From positions 372,001-436,000 of the forward strand of contig OW569349.1 of NCBI GenBank assembly GCA_937625935.1: a stretch of DNA of 64,000 bases, read 5' to 3'. This document shows positions 13,801 through 24,382 of this stretch, piece after piece. The translations under genes and the position numbers were made by a program. This stretch comes from Tetramitus jugosus (taxonomy: Eukaryota > Protista > Heterolobosea). Every line of letters starts with the position of its first letter. The first letter of the stretch is position 1. The notes under the pieces are model-generated. The model was not told the DNA's origin, searched no databases, and was given only the letters and a program-made list of their open reading frames with translations.

Positions 13801-16683
13801 AAGAGCCAGAAAACAAGATCCAAAACAAAAGGTGTCATGAAGATACAGGCAATATTTCGTTCAATTACAGGAATTCTAGACAATTATGAAGGCATATGCA
13901 GAGTTCAGGCGATGATACGCCCTTTTCAACTCTTGGATATGCCACATAGAACTAATAGCATCAATCATATCCCTATTCAATCCTGTCTGCTACAATGTGT
14001 CTCAAGATTTAATTCCGAGTATTGCATCCAGTTATCGACAGTTATTAGGGGATCTCTTGGCAGATGTAAGGACACTTTATCCATCAACATTGTGCAAGAT
14101 TTTCTTCGTTCATATGAACATCATTTATCACTCAATCAAATTGTAACAATTCAGTCAGGAATCAGATCTGCCGCTGAGAACAATTTTGATACTGAAGCAC
14201 ATGGTGGCATACAGCTCTCTGAATATTGTCGAGCAATTACCATACTTGAGGCTGCAACTCGTGGATGTCGCAAAACTGGAGGATATGGGGCGATTCATGT
14301 CACTGTGCTGAATGCAATCACTCGTGGTCGCGAAAAGAGACAGAAAACGAACGAGATCATGAAGATACAAGCATTGTCTCGAGCAATTCAAGACTCTCAG
14401 GATAATTATGAAGATATATGTCGAGTTCAGGCGACTATGTGCACATCTCAATCTTTGAATTTCAATGCTCTGGTCGTTGATCGCATAAGTCAAATCCCTA
14501 TTCAATCATTTCTGAGACAACAACTCGCAAAATTTAATCTCGATTCTTGCGTTCAGTTGTCAGCAATTGTGAGAGGCTCACTTGCCAGAAATAAGGACGC
14601 GTTATTCATCAAAGTTATGCAAGGTCTTACTCGCGCGTCTCAATATCACTCATCATCCGGTCAAACTGCAGTGATTCAATCAAGAATCAGATCTATCCTT
14701 AAGAACAATTTTGATACTGAAAATTTAAGATGCTGTATTTCAAGGACACATGGTGGTGTACACCTATCTGAATATTGTCGAGCAATCGCCATACTAGAGG
14801 CAACCACTCTTGGCGGTCTAAAGGCTGACTCAACCACTCCCCTTGTAACATCGGTGTGTCATATACAAAGTATTGTTCGTTGCGCACAAGTTGGAATCTC
14901 TCCTGTGATTGCATACACTGCCAAGATGTCGTCTTACCTCAGATCATCATCTCTCCATGACACCAACTCAGATATTCTGGTGCACATAATGCAGAGCATC
15001 GTCCGAACTAATCTCAACTCACCAAAGTTGAAATATTCCAATCTAGCTTGTGAAATTCAAACTTCGCTTCAATCATCTGACTTGTGCCAAATGCAGTTGC
15101 ATGGCCAATGTTTGCAGAACTTCATCAAGAATCGAAGTACTAACGACTATTATGAGGAACTAAAATTAGTGCAATCAGTTCTGAAGCAAAGATACGTGAA
15201 CCCAAAGAACACTCAAAACACCTCTAGAATTCAAGCTTTGGTACGACGAGATGTGAATTATATGAGGGTAGAGTTGATTTCATCATTAGAGGCGCATCTC
15301 AGATATGTTCTCTCTGAAGGGTCAAACTTAGCATATGGCATTATTCCTCATCTCCAAGCTGTAATCAAAGCAAATGTTATCAAGGGTGATCATCTCTCGA
15401 GAGAGCAGAATTTAGGAATAATGAAAGCGAGTATTCGACCTTCACATCCGCATAACCATGATCTTAAAGCTATCTCAGACATCGAAGCAGTAATGTCGGC
15501 TGTGAATGATCGAAGTTCCCTGGCACTAGGCATAGTCAAATTAGCTCCCCTATCATCCTTCCGACCAAATGATATGAACTCTTTTACCACACAAATGCAG
15601 GAATCCTTGAGTGTCATTCATTCCTTGATTCAGTCTAGGAATGTTGATATTATCGAACATGGTCGACTGGGACATCTTCAGGCACAATTTTTGCAATCGA
15701 AGGGTGGCTACAAACAGGAACAACTCTCAATAGATAAGCTGAGTTCCTGTTTTGTCGATGTTGATGCTGTGAGGGAAAAGCAGATGGAAATGAGAGTTGT
15801 TCAAAAGCTTGCTAGTACATGTCGGAGAGTTGGAAGACAAGCAAATTCCGCACTTCAGGTAAATTATGTTCGAAAAATACAATCAATCTGCCGCAGGCTG
15901 AACAATTTATTGAATACGAACCACTTAACGGTACAAGCAAGCATGAGATCGAGTACTCAAGATCTTCTCAAGATTATTGCTCCTCTATCTGCAACAATTG
16001 AAAGTACTATGATAACACAACCACGCATTGATTTTCTCCAATCGCTCATTCGAAACTCATTGGCTGAACAATTTGTAGGGAATCAAAACATTGCAACTAT
16101 GCAGAATATTTGTCGCACACACGAACAGGAAGCAAGATTGAGTGGTCTTACTCAATGTATTCATTCCTTGCTATTGAGTCGTGTACTTACCTATCCTTCG
16201 TTGGTGCGATGTATTCAATCCATTATCCTTACAAGGGAATCGATCATAGATTTTAAAGAACTCCATCTACTCGTTCACCTGGCAAGCAGCACTCTGTCCT
16301 ATCCATCTCCTGTGACACCATATTGCATCACAAACGCAGCACTGCAATGTACCAACCGACGAGAAATGATTGATGAGGTAGTTTGTTGTCAGGCCATTAC
16401 ACGCATGGCTCTCGTTCCTCACAACAGGGACAGGGATTCCATTCGTCCAACACCAGAGTCATCCTTCCAGCTGTTGTCCAAACAGCTGATTATCGAGGGC
16501 ATAACATTGTTGAAGAAATATATTTGTGAAGCCACCAAAGTACTTGGTCGCCACTTATGGCAGCGGTACACAATCACTGGGTATGCAAACAACTGCAATA
16601 TGACCTGGCATCGGTCCGTTCAAGCGTCCTCTCTCGTCTACTCTCTTCGCTTTCATCAAAGTGCCTCCGCAGAGCGCAAATAA
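7804..16683 (+). CDS. Giant (~2933 aa) protein: low-complexity N-terminus, CH-like domain, long degenerate IQ-motif array (ASPM-like architecture)
   Basis: Intron 9470-9547 (GTATGT...CTGAC...TAG) joins ORF 7780-9513 to ORF 9595-16683 in frame. LILRWINSVL...IYYAILNQY is CH-like, followed by dozens of IQxxxR-like motifs. AATAAA overlaps the stop at 16679-16684. Confidence 0.7.
12268..14820 (+). repeat. In-frame tandem super-repeat (~175-189 codons, about 5 units) inside the IQ-array gene
   Basis: Anchor AACAATTTTGATAC (NNFDTE) recurs at 12535, 13066, 13633 (variant), 14179 and 14704. Spacings of 531/567/546/525 nt are all multiples of 3. Confidence 0.9.
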
Positions 16684-16795
16684 AATCATCGGCGAAACAA
16701 CTGTCACTCTTCACATGTCATCACATGCACCAGCAGACACCAAAACAAAAAAGAAAAATCACACAGAAGCACAAAAAGGGATTGAAAATTGGACC

Positions 16796-19700
16796 ATGTC
16801 GTCGTCGTCATCAACAACCACCAATCATCATTACAGCAACAACAATAACAACTCATGGTGCCAAGTCTATTGTATCTGTATTGCTGAATTCGATATATTG
16901 AAGGGCAATACACTGTCGTACACGTATCCGACTCACATTGACCTCAACAATGAATATCAGAAAAATATAGGTGACATGTGTCTCATGGACGGATCACACA
17001 TGTACAAGGAAGACATGAGTTACCTGTTTTTGAAGATGACACCGAATCAGCAACAAGCATTCTCTATGAACAACAGTCGGCAGCACAACAAGAGTAGTAC
17101 GTCGATATCATCACCCACGACAACATCTCCACTATCACCTACAAATACAAATAGTAGTAGTAGTAGTAGTAGTAGTGATGATCAACAGCAACAACAGCAA
17201 CAACATCAACAACAGTACATTTATGGCACCATTCTCTTTCAAAACAAAAAGGACGATACAGTCAAGAGAGGTGCCATTCAAAAATCACTCGTCCTATTCA
17301 GTCAACAACCCATTTTCAGTGTGTGGGAACCCATGATGCGATGCACACTCAATTACATTATGAATCACTCACCCAACGATCCACTGTCAGCCATGAAACT
17401 ATTGTTTGACACGGTCAAGAGCAGTGATCTCACTCAAAAACTGAGCATTTCACTGTTTAATCAAGAAACGTTCACAATCAAGAAACCAGTGTTGACAGAG
17501 CATGATGCCTATCTGTACATGGGCAATGTGAGTCTGTTGTCGCTCGTAAAACGATTCAAGAATGATGTCATGCACCTATGGTATGCTCTGTTGTGCAACA
17601 AGAGGATCATGGTGATTGGAACACCGGGGAAACAAGTGGCCAACTGTTGCATGAGTTGTCCATTGTTGGTGCATCCGTGTTGCTATGGTTTCGATGGTGT
17701 GTTGACACCGTATGTGCCATTGACTGATTTGGACACTGTGTTGACGAGTAAGCGATTCATTTGCGGTAGTACGAATCAGTTGTTTGAGACGAGGCAGGAC
17801 TGGTGGGATGTTTGTGCCTCCTTTTCCAGCAATCAAATCATTATATCAAAACAGTTTCGCCCATTGAGCATACTGACTGCGCGAGACAAGGAATTCATGA
17901 TGAATGTATTGAGCGGTATCGAAGACGGCAGAGGAGAACAGTGGGTGCGTCAACAATTCTCTCAAATGACACTCCGATTCTTCCAAATGATCAAATCGGA
18001 CACACTTCCAAAGACGGATCATATGCAACTTGTGGTCAATACGATTATGGTGCAGACAGAGTGGTGGGACACGTATCAATCATATGTTGCGTCTGTTGAG
18101 AAGGAGAAGGCGTTATGTGAGGGAAGTGCCTCGGCACATGACAGGAGATCAGCTGTGGATCTGTTTCGATCCATCCATGAGAATCAAATGGAGCAGGAGG
18201 TGTTGGACAGAGTGAGAACCGTGTTCGAATTGTCAAAGGTGTTGGATGAAGACATTTCTCAAGTGAATGAGCTGTTATCGTCCCCTTCATCATCCGATAT
18301 CATTGTTGTTGTGTCTGGTTGGCTCAAAGATGACAACAGTCAGTTCAGAAAGTACGCTGCGAGTATTATGGCTTCGTTTGCTGGTTGTGTCAAGGGATTG
18401 TTAACCATATCCTCGCAAGCAATACAGAAGACGGATGACAACAAAACAAGTGTCATTCTGGAGTCCATTATCGATTTGTTGACAGATGATATGCCCAATG
18501 TGAGATCAAGAGGCACTTACACCGTGTATAAGATGAGTAATCTGTTTGTGGGATGCAAGGTGCTTTTGACTAGCGAGCGAAACTTTGAAGACACCCTAAG
18601 GAAAATTATTTTGAGCACGAGTGATGACACGATGACTAGAACGTATGCTGCACTCTCGTTGGCTCAACTGTACCAGTATATGCCCGATGCAATGATCAAG
18701 AGAATGAAAAATGATTGGATTTATGAAATTCATGACTTAGCATTTGTTGCAACGGATATTCAATTGCAAGAAGCTCTCTATCGCTTGCTGAGTGTCGTGC
18801 TACCATTGTTGAATCAGTCGACAACTAACTCTAGTGACCAATTCAAGTATTCCATGCAGCAACTCCCAGCAAATCCAAAGGCTGTACAACTTGTCGCATC
18901 AATGAGAAACAAGTACAAACTCAATGAAGCGCTCAAGAAGTGTCAACAGGAACTGACAGAGCATCCTCACTTCCCCTTGCACTTATCGCTGGCCAATGCA
19001 GTTTTCACCTTGACTCAACACATGACTCATTGGAAAAAGCAAGGTCACGAGCTCTATGCTTGCTCCAGTGCTCAATTTCTGACAACTCTGTGTGGCCACG
19101 AATACTGCAAGTCTCAAATATTGACCTATGGAGTACTGGAGGACATGATCATTCCAGTTCTTCAGGACAAACAAGTAACAGCATTTAGTCTCTGTGTGTT
19201 GCATCTCCTGTTGGCACTATTGTCGCGTTATGAAGACGTAACACACCAATTCAATCAGTTTGGAGGCATTGCAGACCTATCGACATTCATTCTCAACAAC
19301 TTCCATAATCCTCTGCTATCACAGTATACCCAAACAGCAATCGAATGCCTAAAGATTACTCTTCTTTCACTAAGTCGGATTGAGCGGGAGGTTATACGGA
19401 ACATGTACGAGAATAATGATATGTATGACGAGGAATTTGAGTTTGTGAAATCGAATCCACTGCACTTGGTAGATGCCACGATAGAACTGCATCAGAATTG
19501 TTACATACAACTCATGCAGCAGTGTACAGACAAGTTAACACTCATTAGTAGCAATGCGCTGACATTGGGAGCTGTCTCGCGTCACAGCACATCTTCTACA
19601 CCTCATCAGGATACCAGCAGTGACGATTATCCACAAGTGTTGCAACTGCAGCGATCACCCTCAATCGTGAAACGTAAGAGAACACTGAATGGAACAGATA

Positions 19701-19939
19701 TCCCAGTAGCAGCGAACAGAACTTCCGTATCGTCATCACTGTCCCTGTCGGATGAAGATGACTATGAAGATGGCGAAGATGAATTGTTCATTGAAGAATT
19801 GAAACCATCCATGACTCCGATTGTATCCTCGCGAATGACTCAATTCTTTGCAGAGATGAACAAGTGCCGCGTCGATGATTTATTGAGAGACAAATTGAAC
19901 GATGCTCTGTCTACGTTGAAACAACTATCGCCAATGTGA
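16796..19939 (+). CDS. DENN-related (Afi1/Avl9-like) domain protein with C-terminal ARM/HEAT repeats
   Basis: CIAEFDILKGNTLSYTYP (uDENN), KRGAIQKSLVLFS, LWYALLCNKRIMV, PYVPL, FICGSTNQLF, then helical repeats (IIDLLTDDMPNVRSRG). The start could instead be 16715. Confidence 0.75.
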   Translation: MSSSSSTTTNHHYSNNNNNSWCQVYCICIAEFDILKGNTLSYTYPTHIDLNNEYQKNIGDMCLMDGSHMYKEDMSYLFLKMTPNQQQAFSMNNSRQHNKSSTSISSPTTTSPLSPTNTNSSSSSSSSDDQQQQQQQHQQQYIYGTILFQNKKDDTVKRGAIQKSLVLFSQQPIFSVWEPMMRCTLNYIMNHSPNDPLSAMKLLFDTVKSSDLTQKLSISLFNQETFTIKKPVLTEHDAYLYMGNVSLLSLVKRFKNDVMHLWYALLCNKRIMVIGTPGKQVANCCMSCPLLVHPCCYGFDGVLTPYVPLTDLDTVLTSKRFICGSTNQLFETRQDWWDVCASFSSNQIIISKQFRPLSILTARDKEFMMNVLSGIEDGRGEQWVRQQFSQMTLRFFQMIKSDTLPKTDHMQLVVNTIMVQTEWWDTYQSYVASVEKEKALCEGSASAHDRRSAVDLFRSIHENQMEQEVLDRVRTVFELSKVLDEDISQVNELLSSPSSSDIIVVVSGWLKDDNSQFRKYAASIMASFAGCVKGLLTISSQAIQKTDDNKTSVILESIIDLLTDDMPNVRSRGTYTVYKMSNLFVGCKVLLTSERNFEDTLRKIILSTSDDTMTRTYAALSLAQLYQYMPDAMIKRMKNDWIYEIHDLAFVATDIQLQEALYRLLSVVLPLLNQSTTNSSDQFKYSMQQLPANPKAVQLVASMRNKYKLNEALKKCQQELTEHPHFPLHLSLANAVFTLTQHMTHWKKQGHELYACSSAQFLTTLCGHEYCKSQILTYGVLEDMIIPVLQDKQVTAFSLCVLHLLLALLSRYEDVTHQFNQFGGIADLSTFILNNFHNPLLSQYTQTAIECLKITLLSLSRIEREVIRNMYENNDMYDEEFEFVKSNPLHLVDATIELHQNCYIQLMQQCTDKLTLISSNALTLGAVSRHSTSSTPHQDTSSDDYPQVLQLQRSPSIVKRKRTLNGTDIPVAANRTSVSSSLSLSDEDDYEDGEDELFIEELKPSMTPIVSSRMTQFFAEMNKCRVDDLLRDKLNDALSTLKQLSPM

Positions 19940-20035
19940 TTGAAACCAGACACAATCCAATAAAACTGACATCTCTTACTTTACAACAACATTTACAAAC
20001 ACTTCCTTTAGAGATTTACGTTTGAAGTTTCAACA

Positions 20036-20191
20036 TCAATGATAAACAGTTGTTGGAGTTGATTTTTTGGTGATGGACCGATAGGCAGAAACACCCAATG
20101 GTGCGACAATCACCATGACGATCAAGAACAGACCAATCAAATATCCACCCGTATGAAGAGAAATCCCAGCAGTCGCTTCTGTTCCAGTCAT
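20036..20191 (-). CDS. Putative 51-aa single-pass membrane microprotein
   Basis: ATG at 20191; MTGTEATAGISLHTGGYLIGLFLIVMVIVAPLGVSAYRSITKK has one clean TM helix and a basic tail. It fills an otherwise empty gap. Confidence 0.5.
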   Translation of the reverse strand: MTGTEATAGISLHTGGYLIGLFLIVMVIVAPLGVSAYRSITKKSTPTTVYH

Positions 20192-20271
20192 TTTCTGATA
20201 CGATGTACGTGTTGATGTTTTATTTTTGAGTTTTTTTGGGTGGATACCACCAAACAAAGATCTTTCCTCTC

Positions 20272-20589
20272 TTACTGTTGGATGACGAACTCTTCGGCCA
20301 ACAATTCTGCCAATGCTCCCTTTTGAAGCAAAGCTTGTGTGTCGCTGTTTCCACCAATGAACTTTCTGTTGATCCAGACAGATGGAACAGTTCTTTGACC
20401 AGTCATCTTTGCTAATTCGTTTTGGATTTCTGATCCGTTGGACATGGAGTCAAGCTCAATGGCTTTGAATCCTTCTCCCAATGTCTTGAAAAGCTTCTTG
20501 ACAGATACGCAGTATGGACATGAAGTCTTGGAGAAGACGACAATCTTGTGAGCATTGATCACGGAGTTGATAAATTCCTTGCTGGACAT
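20272..20589 (-). CDS. Dithiol glutaredoxin (CPYC)
   Basis: VVFSKTSCPYC, TGQRTVPSVWI, FIGGNSD; 105 aa from the ATG at 20589. Confidence 0.95.
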   Translation of the reverse strand: MSSKEFINSVINAHKIVVFSKTSCPYCVSVKKLFKTLGEGFKAIELDSMSNGSEIQNELAKMTGQRTVPSVWINRKFIGGNSDTQALLQKGALAELLAEEFVIQQ

Positions 20590-20720
20590 TATGGTTAGTT
20601 GATAATTTTGTTTTTGTTGTTGTGGAAGAACTGGATTTTTGCTTTTGTGTGAGATCGGCAGAGGCATGGGTCGAATGCGCGTACGAATACCATGGAAGAA
20701 ATAGCGCATCGACTCCAAGT

Positions 20721-22268
20721 TTATTGTTGGGCGCACATGGAAGGCATGAAGCCCTTCTTTCTTTCCGACCGTCGTTTGGAAGACCTCACTTCCTCATTCT
20801 GTGCATTTTCTGATGAACTGCCGTTGCTATTGCGAGCACTGCTGGTGTTGGGTCTGTACGGTTGCTTGTATCGAACACCATCATAATGACCAGGTTCAAA
20901 TCGCACATGCTTGATCCGCACGTCACTACTGCTCTCTGGTTTATCTTTTGTGTTTGCATCGTCATCTTCTATTGTACGCTGCTCCTTTCTCCACTGCTCT
21001 GTTTGTAGCTTGAGCGATTCAACAACTGGAATGCTGGAACTCTTTCTTCGACTATTGGGATCCATGAGCAACCGTAGATAGCTCTTCATTTCAGCATTGA
21101 GATGCATTGGAAACACAACTTCAAACAGCACGACCAGAGCACCTCTCTTTGTTGGTTCTGTTGACTGAGGGCTCTTGTCCTCTGACGATGCTGCATTGAT
21201 CAGATTGGGATTGTAGATGGGCATTCCCTCACCTAAAATGGCCTTAGCCATACCGGGCTGTATCACTTCATCTACTGTTACGTGAAGTTTTTGAGTCGGG
21301 TCGAGAGTGTCTAGAGTGAGATCGAATCCTGTCAATGCCTCCAACAGAGTAATCGATTTTGTAATATACAAGTCATCTCCCTTGCGAGAGAAGACTGGAT
21401 GGTCAACCTGCTGTACAATAAATATTAAATCGGCTGTAATCTTACCAGGCCATTCATCACCTTCTCCCTTGAGTACAATTTTTTGTCCGTGTCTCATTCC
21501 AGGATAGATCTTGACGTGAATAGTCTTCTTTTGATTCATGAGTTGTCGACCCTTGCAGTCCGAACACTTTTCAGTGATAAATTGCCCTCGACCTTCACAG
21601 TCCGTACACTTGGACGAGAATTGTTGAACAATGCCTCTGGGCAACGTTCTTCGAATCACTCTGATGCCCGTTCCTTTGCATGCCTTACAAAAGAAGACAT
21701 GCTTGGGTGATTTGGCACCTGTGCCCTTACAGGTACCACAAATTACAGTTCTTGTTGTTGTGAAAGGTCTCACAGCACCACTAAACAACTCATTCAACGT
21801 GACTTCAATCGGTATAAACACATCTTCTCTCTTGTTGTGAAAGCGCTGAGTCGCATCAGCAGACGAATGATTGAACAATGTCTGGAAAAAATCATTGCCA
21901 AACGTTTCTGTAAACAGACCACCGTCTGTGAAGAATGTTGCATCGCCACCAAACGACGACGATCCACCTGCATTGTTCTGCTGCTTCAATCCCTCGACTC
22001 CAAATCGATCATATACATCTCTCTTGTACACGTCACACAGTGTTTCATATGCTTCTGTAATCTTGGAAAACCGATCTGCACATGCTTCTCTCTGAGACTC
22101 CGGGTTGCGATCAGGATGATATTGGAAAGCTAATTTTCGATAAGCTTTCTTGATCATCTCATCAGTGGCATCTCTGCTCACTCCCAACAAGTGATAATAG
22201 TCATCATCAATGTTATCACCACCACGGCTGCTATTTTGTTGTTGTGAGCGTCGCTGCTGTTGTTGCAT
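20721..22268 (-). CDS. Type I Hsp40/DnaJ (DNAJA-like) with CaaX
   Basis: J-domain with HPD, G/F region, four CxxCxGxG-type zinc-finger repeats, C-terminal CAQQ farnesylation motif. Confidence 0.95.
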   Translation of the reverse strand: MQQQQRRSQQQNSSRGGDNIDDDYYHLLGVSRDATDEMIKKAYRKLAFQYHPDRNPESQREACADRFSKITEAYETLCDVYKRDVYDRFGVEGLKQQNNAGGSSSFGGDATFFTDGGLFTETFGNDFFQTLFNHSSADATQRFHNKREDVFIPIEVTLNELFSGAVRPFTTTRTVICGTCKGTGAKSPKHVFFCKACKGTGIRVIRRTLPRGIVQQFSSKCTDCEGRGQFITEKCSDCKGRQLMNQKKTIHVKIYPGMRHGQKIVLKGEGDEWPGKITADLIFIVQQVDHPVFSRKGDDLYITKSITLLEALTGFDLTLDTLDPTQKLHVTVDEVIQPGMAKAILGEGMPIYNPNLINAASSEDKSPQSTEPTKRGALVVLFEVVFPMHLNAEMKSYLRLLMDPNSRRKSSSIPVVESLKLQTEQWRKEQRTIEDDDANTKDKPESSSDVRIKHVRFEPGHYDGVRYKQPYRPNTSSARNSNGSSSENAQNEEVRSSKRRSERKKGFMPSMCAQQ

Positions 22269-22376
22269 GTGTTTGTTGTGTTGTTTTCCATCTGGTTCAA
22301 CAACAGAGAGAAAGCTTCAACGAACTGCAAGACGCAAAAACAATTCACAACAAACAAAAATTATTCGAATCACATC

Positions 22377-23630
22377 ATGTTTGCTGCAGCATTGTCAAAG
22401 AAAAGTAGTATTGGTAGGCGATGGTCTCATCATCTTCACCATCAGATGACACACCTCTGTGCATCTCAACCTGTAGCCACCATGTTCACCAATCATTCTA
22501 TTGTTTCACCAGCACCACCATCCTCACTTCACCTCCTCCATTCTTCTCGTCTACAACAGCAACAACCATTCTCCTCTCTCAAAATGAGTCAAAAAGAATA
22601 TCGAACCACCACGACTAGAATTCCTACCAATGAGCAGACAACAACAAAAACAACAATAGCTTCTTCCCCCACTGATGATTCCACCACAATCACCGCGCCC
22701 AACAATAATCAACTCATGGTTCAGAGACTGAGTGAAATTATCAAGAAGGCTTCCATTCCACTCTCACCACCATCCAATCACGATACTTTACCATCATCAT
22801 CATTGAATGCGACTGCTGCTGTTGGTCGTAGTGCTAGTGCTAGTAGTGAAGAGGAATATGAACAATTGTTGACCATCATATTGAATCTGACACAAGAGAC
22901 CAAGCACGAGTCTCGCAAGTGTGAACACATGGGCAGAGCAGTTGTCAAAATGTGTTGTGCAGACTACTTGTACTCTCATTTTGTAAACATGAGTGCATTG
23001 CAGATGGAAGCTGTGTTGAATCAGTTTATTAGTCCATTGAATATGATGGATGTGGCACGTGCACTCCAATTGAACACCATTTTCTCTCCTCATGAGGAAT
23101 ATATAGAGATTGATGTGACTGATGAGAACACAATGGATGTGGGAGTCAGAGGTCATGAGCGAATGGTCACAGGAACCTTGTTGCGATTGATTGGAGCCAT
23201 CTATTTCACCAATGGTTTGCATATTGTACGACGGTTCATCTCCTCACATATTCTGAGTCGAAGTGTCGATATTTCATCGCTGTTGGAATCGTTTGACCCA
23301 GTCAAGGACCTCAAGGAGCTGTTGCGATCAGGTCAAATGAGAGACCATGCGTATGAGCAGTTGGTATTTGAGACTGTGCAATCAAAGGGAACTCTTTCGA
23401 ACTCAACAGCAGCAGCAGAACACAATCCACTGCACGATGACTCCTCTGATTTGGTTACGGTTCATGCGAGAGTCCAAGAGGATGTTATTGGTTTTGGATC
23501 TGGGTACACGAAAAAGATTGCTGACATGAGAGCAGCACAGGATGCACTCAACAAGCACTATACCAAGTACGATAATCGAATGACACCGATTCAATTGGAA
23601 CAACGCCAAGCGCTATTGAGTAAGAATTAA
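22377..23630 (+). CDS. Mitochondrial ribosomal protein mL44-like (degenerate RNase III domain plus dsRBD)
   Basis: Basic, Ser-rich presequence; degenerate RNase III signature CEHMGRAVV; LIGAIY; dsRBD end GFGSGYTKKIADMRAAQDAL. Confidence 0.65.
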   Translation: MFAAALSKKSSIGRRWSHHLHHQMTHLCASQPVATMFTNHSIVSPAPPSSLHLLHSSRLQQQQPFSSLKMSQKEYRTTTTRIPTNEQTTTKTTIASSPTDDSTTITAPNNNQLMVQRLSEIIKKASIPLSPPSNHDTLPSSSLNATAAVGRSASASSEEEYEQLLTIILNLTQETKHESRKCEHMGRAVVKMCCADYLYSHFVNMSALQMEAVLNQFISPLNMMDVARALQLNTIFSPHEEYIEIDVTDENTMDVGVRGHERMVTGTLLRLIGAIYFTNGLHIVRRFISSHILSRSVDISSLLESFDPVKDLKELLRSGQMRDHAYEQLVFETVQSKGTLSNSTAAAEHNPLHDDSSDLVTVHARVQEDVIGFGSGYTKKIADMRAAQDALNKHYTKYDNRMTPIQLEQRQALLSKN

Positions 23631-23876
23631 TTTGTTCATGAATGTGTGTCACAACAAGAAATAAAACCAAAGAAACTGGATGAATCGTCAATCCCATGTT
23701 GATTATATCTTCCATAGAACAGGTTTGTGACTTCTATTGGAGTTTGTCATTTGTAGACCTCTTGGGGCTGTAGTGGCGATGCCAACGGTCATCATCACAC
23801 AACCAAGCAGTAAAGAAGAAATGTCGGGGACTGCGAAACAGAACGCATCCAAACCAGGGTAGAAGCGTCACACATC

Positions 23877-23962
23877 ATTCATCAGGCTCCCATCACGCAA
23901 CAAGTCTCTCAACAAAATCAAACAACTCCGAATAAGCAGAAGGTCCTTTCATCATTTTGAAT
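23877..23962 (-). ncRNA. Candidate box C/D snoRNA
   Basis: Minus strand: ATTCA-AA-ATGATGA (box C, 23955-23949) ... CTGA (box D, 23885-23882)-TGAAT, giving a 5-bp terminal stem. Internal TTCTGCTTA is complementary to conserved LSU UAAGCAGAA. Confidence 0.4.
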
Positions 23963-24382
23963 ATCGCAAACTCTCACACATTTATTGGTCCAGTTACAGT
24001 GAGCAGGCGTGTCCATTCAACAACAACAACACCAAGGACAAATAACAATATTTCTACGTTGGACCCACAAAAAAAAACTGCGACAACTTCGAACAACATC
24101 AACAAAAAAATTAGCTCACGCACAACTGTGTACCGACAAACTCTTCCCGTGTGATTTTGTGTCAACGCATCAGATATATATCACTCACATCTCAAACAAA
24201 TTGAGCTCAGGATCACCACCTTCACTTTTACTGATACAACAACTGTTGACTTTTTCAACAACCAACTGGACCATCCTCCTCTCAACACACTTCTTCTCTC
24301 CCTACGGCCACAACAACAACAAGCATCATCACCGTCACAGTGAATAGTCCATCAAAGAGCAACAATAACCACACCAACAAAT

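Noticed and set aside
16581-16674. Splice fusion of the IQ giant to the DENN gene
   Set aside because: The CAG acceptor gives the wrong frame, an in-frame join needs a GAG acceptor, and AATAAA overlaps the IQ-gene stop.
20590-20736. N-terminal extension of glutaredoxin in the ORF track
   Set aside because: It overlaps the DnaJ stop and poly(A) signal; the typical Grx start is at 20589.
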